This document shows, piece by piece, positions 17,781 to 18,322 of a stretch of 18,322 nt of DNA. The stretch spans positions 1 through 18,322 of the forward strand of contig JBHGBC010000123.1 of the NCBI GenBank assembly GCA_041946805.1. Direction: 5' to 3'. A program made the translations under genes and the position numbers. The notes below the pieces were generated by a model, which worked only from the letters and a program-made list of their open reading frames with translations, had not been told where the DNA came from and ran no database searches. Position 1 is the first letter of the stretch. The number at the start of each line of letters is the position of its first letter. This DNA is from a bacterium. Its GTDB lineage: Bacteria > Hinthialibacterota > Hinthialibacteria > Hinthialibacterales > Hinthialibacteraceae.

Positions 17781-18322
17781 ATGATCGGAGTTTACGTTAC
17801 GGTCCCCGCCGCCTGTTTCCGCAAGGGACTGGCGCGGGAATACTTGGAAACCGAAATCATCCCCCCGCCCGCCACCTGTTACGGTTTTCTTCTCTCCCTG
17901 GTGGGAGAAACCGATAGGCTTAAGCACGTTGGTGTATATGTTACACCCATGTTGCTGAATGATCCTGAGTGCAGTGTTGTGTTGAGAAAGAGATGGCGAA
18001 TCAAAGATGACAATTATTGGGTTGATCCAAATGGTCATGTTCACATCGTATCAAAGACCTTGAAGGCTAGAGAGAAATTTGAGAAATGGGTATATGAGCA
18101 AGGTTGGTCAAAACCTATTTATTCTTATGGTATGGGATGCGGATCGAACTCATGTCCCGATTACCAGCAACTCCTTACTGGAATCGAGTTGATCATCTGG
18201 CTCGATTCCAGCGAGGATTCAAGCCAGGACAATTCCTTGGAAAAGCGCGTACAGGAAGCCCTCGATCCATGCACGCGGGGTAAAATCAACCGTTTCGGTG
18301 GATTGAGTCTGGGCGAAAGCAC
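17781..18322 (+). CDS. cas5: Cas5 (Cmx5/DevS-like), partial, runs off the window end
   Basis: Not in the ORF track; translated manually: MIGVYVTVPAACFRKGLAREYLETEIIPPPATCYGFLLSLVGE, then PDYQQLLT and RFGGLSLGES. The frame is open to the end of the window. Confidence 0.93.
   Translation, partial: MIGVYVTVPAACFRKGLAREYLETEIIPPPATCYGFLLSLVGETDRLKHVGVYVTPMLLNDPECSVVLRKRWRIKDDNYWVDPNGHVHIVSKTLKAREKFEKWVYEQGWSKPIYSYGMGCGSNSCPDYQQLLTGIELIIWLDSSEDSSQDNSLEKRVQEALDPCTRGKINRFGGLSLGES

Noticed and set aside
15185..18322. HNH or other nuclease fusion on Cas8/Cas5, or a CAST (Tn7) association
   Set aside because: No HNH motif or extra domain is seen in Cas8 or the visible part of Cas5. Cas3 is intact and there are no tns/tniQ genes in the window. 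The Cas5 C-terminus is outside the window, so a fusion there is untested.

Overview
GC-rich bacterial chromosomal window. The left two-thirds holds housekeeping and accessory genes. On the minus strand these are a partial glutaminyl-tRNA synthetase, a SpoIIE/PP2C phosphatase with a degenerate receiver domain, recN, a GrpE-like protein, a GT-C (ArnT/PMT-like) membrane glycosyltransferase and a small hypothetical protein. A secreted GH95 alpha-L-fucosidase lies on the plus strand. Most intergenic gaps are filled with composite clusters of several REP-like palindromic repeat families. The right third is a type I-B (Myxococcus dev-type, 'I-MYXAN') CRISPR-Cas operon, cas6-cas3-cas8-cas7-cas5. It runs off the window end, and no CRISPR array is visible. 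Most notable observations: (1) an unannotated ~170-nt non-coding unit at ~5535-5733, made of a sigma54-like promoter, three hairpin modules with a 46-nt period and GGA-containing loops, and an intrinsic terminator, which is a candidate CsrA/RsmA-sponge-like sRNA or conformational switch; (2) a likely hidden Cas11 translated from inside cas8; (3) a ~38-aa AT-rich insertion in Cas5 plus other low-GC patches in cas3 and cas8. All calls come from reading the sequence; no database searches were run.
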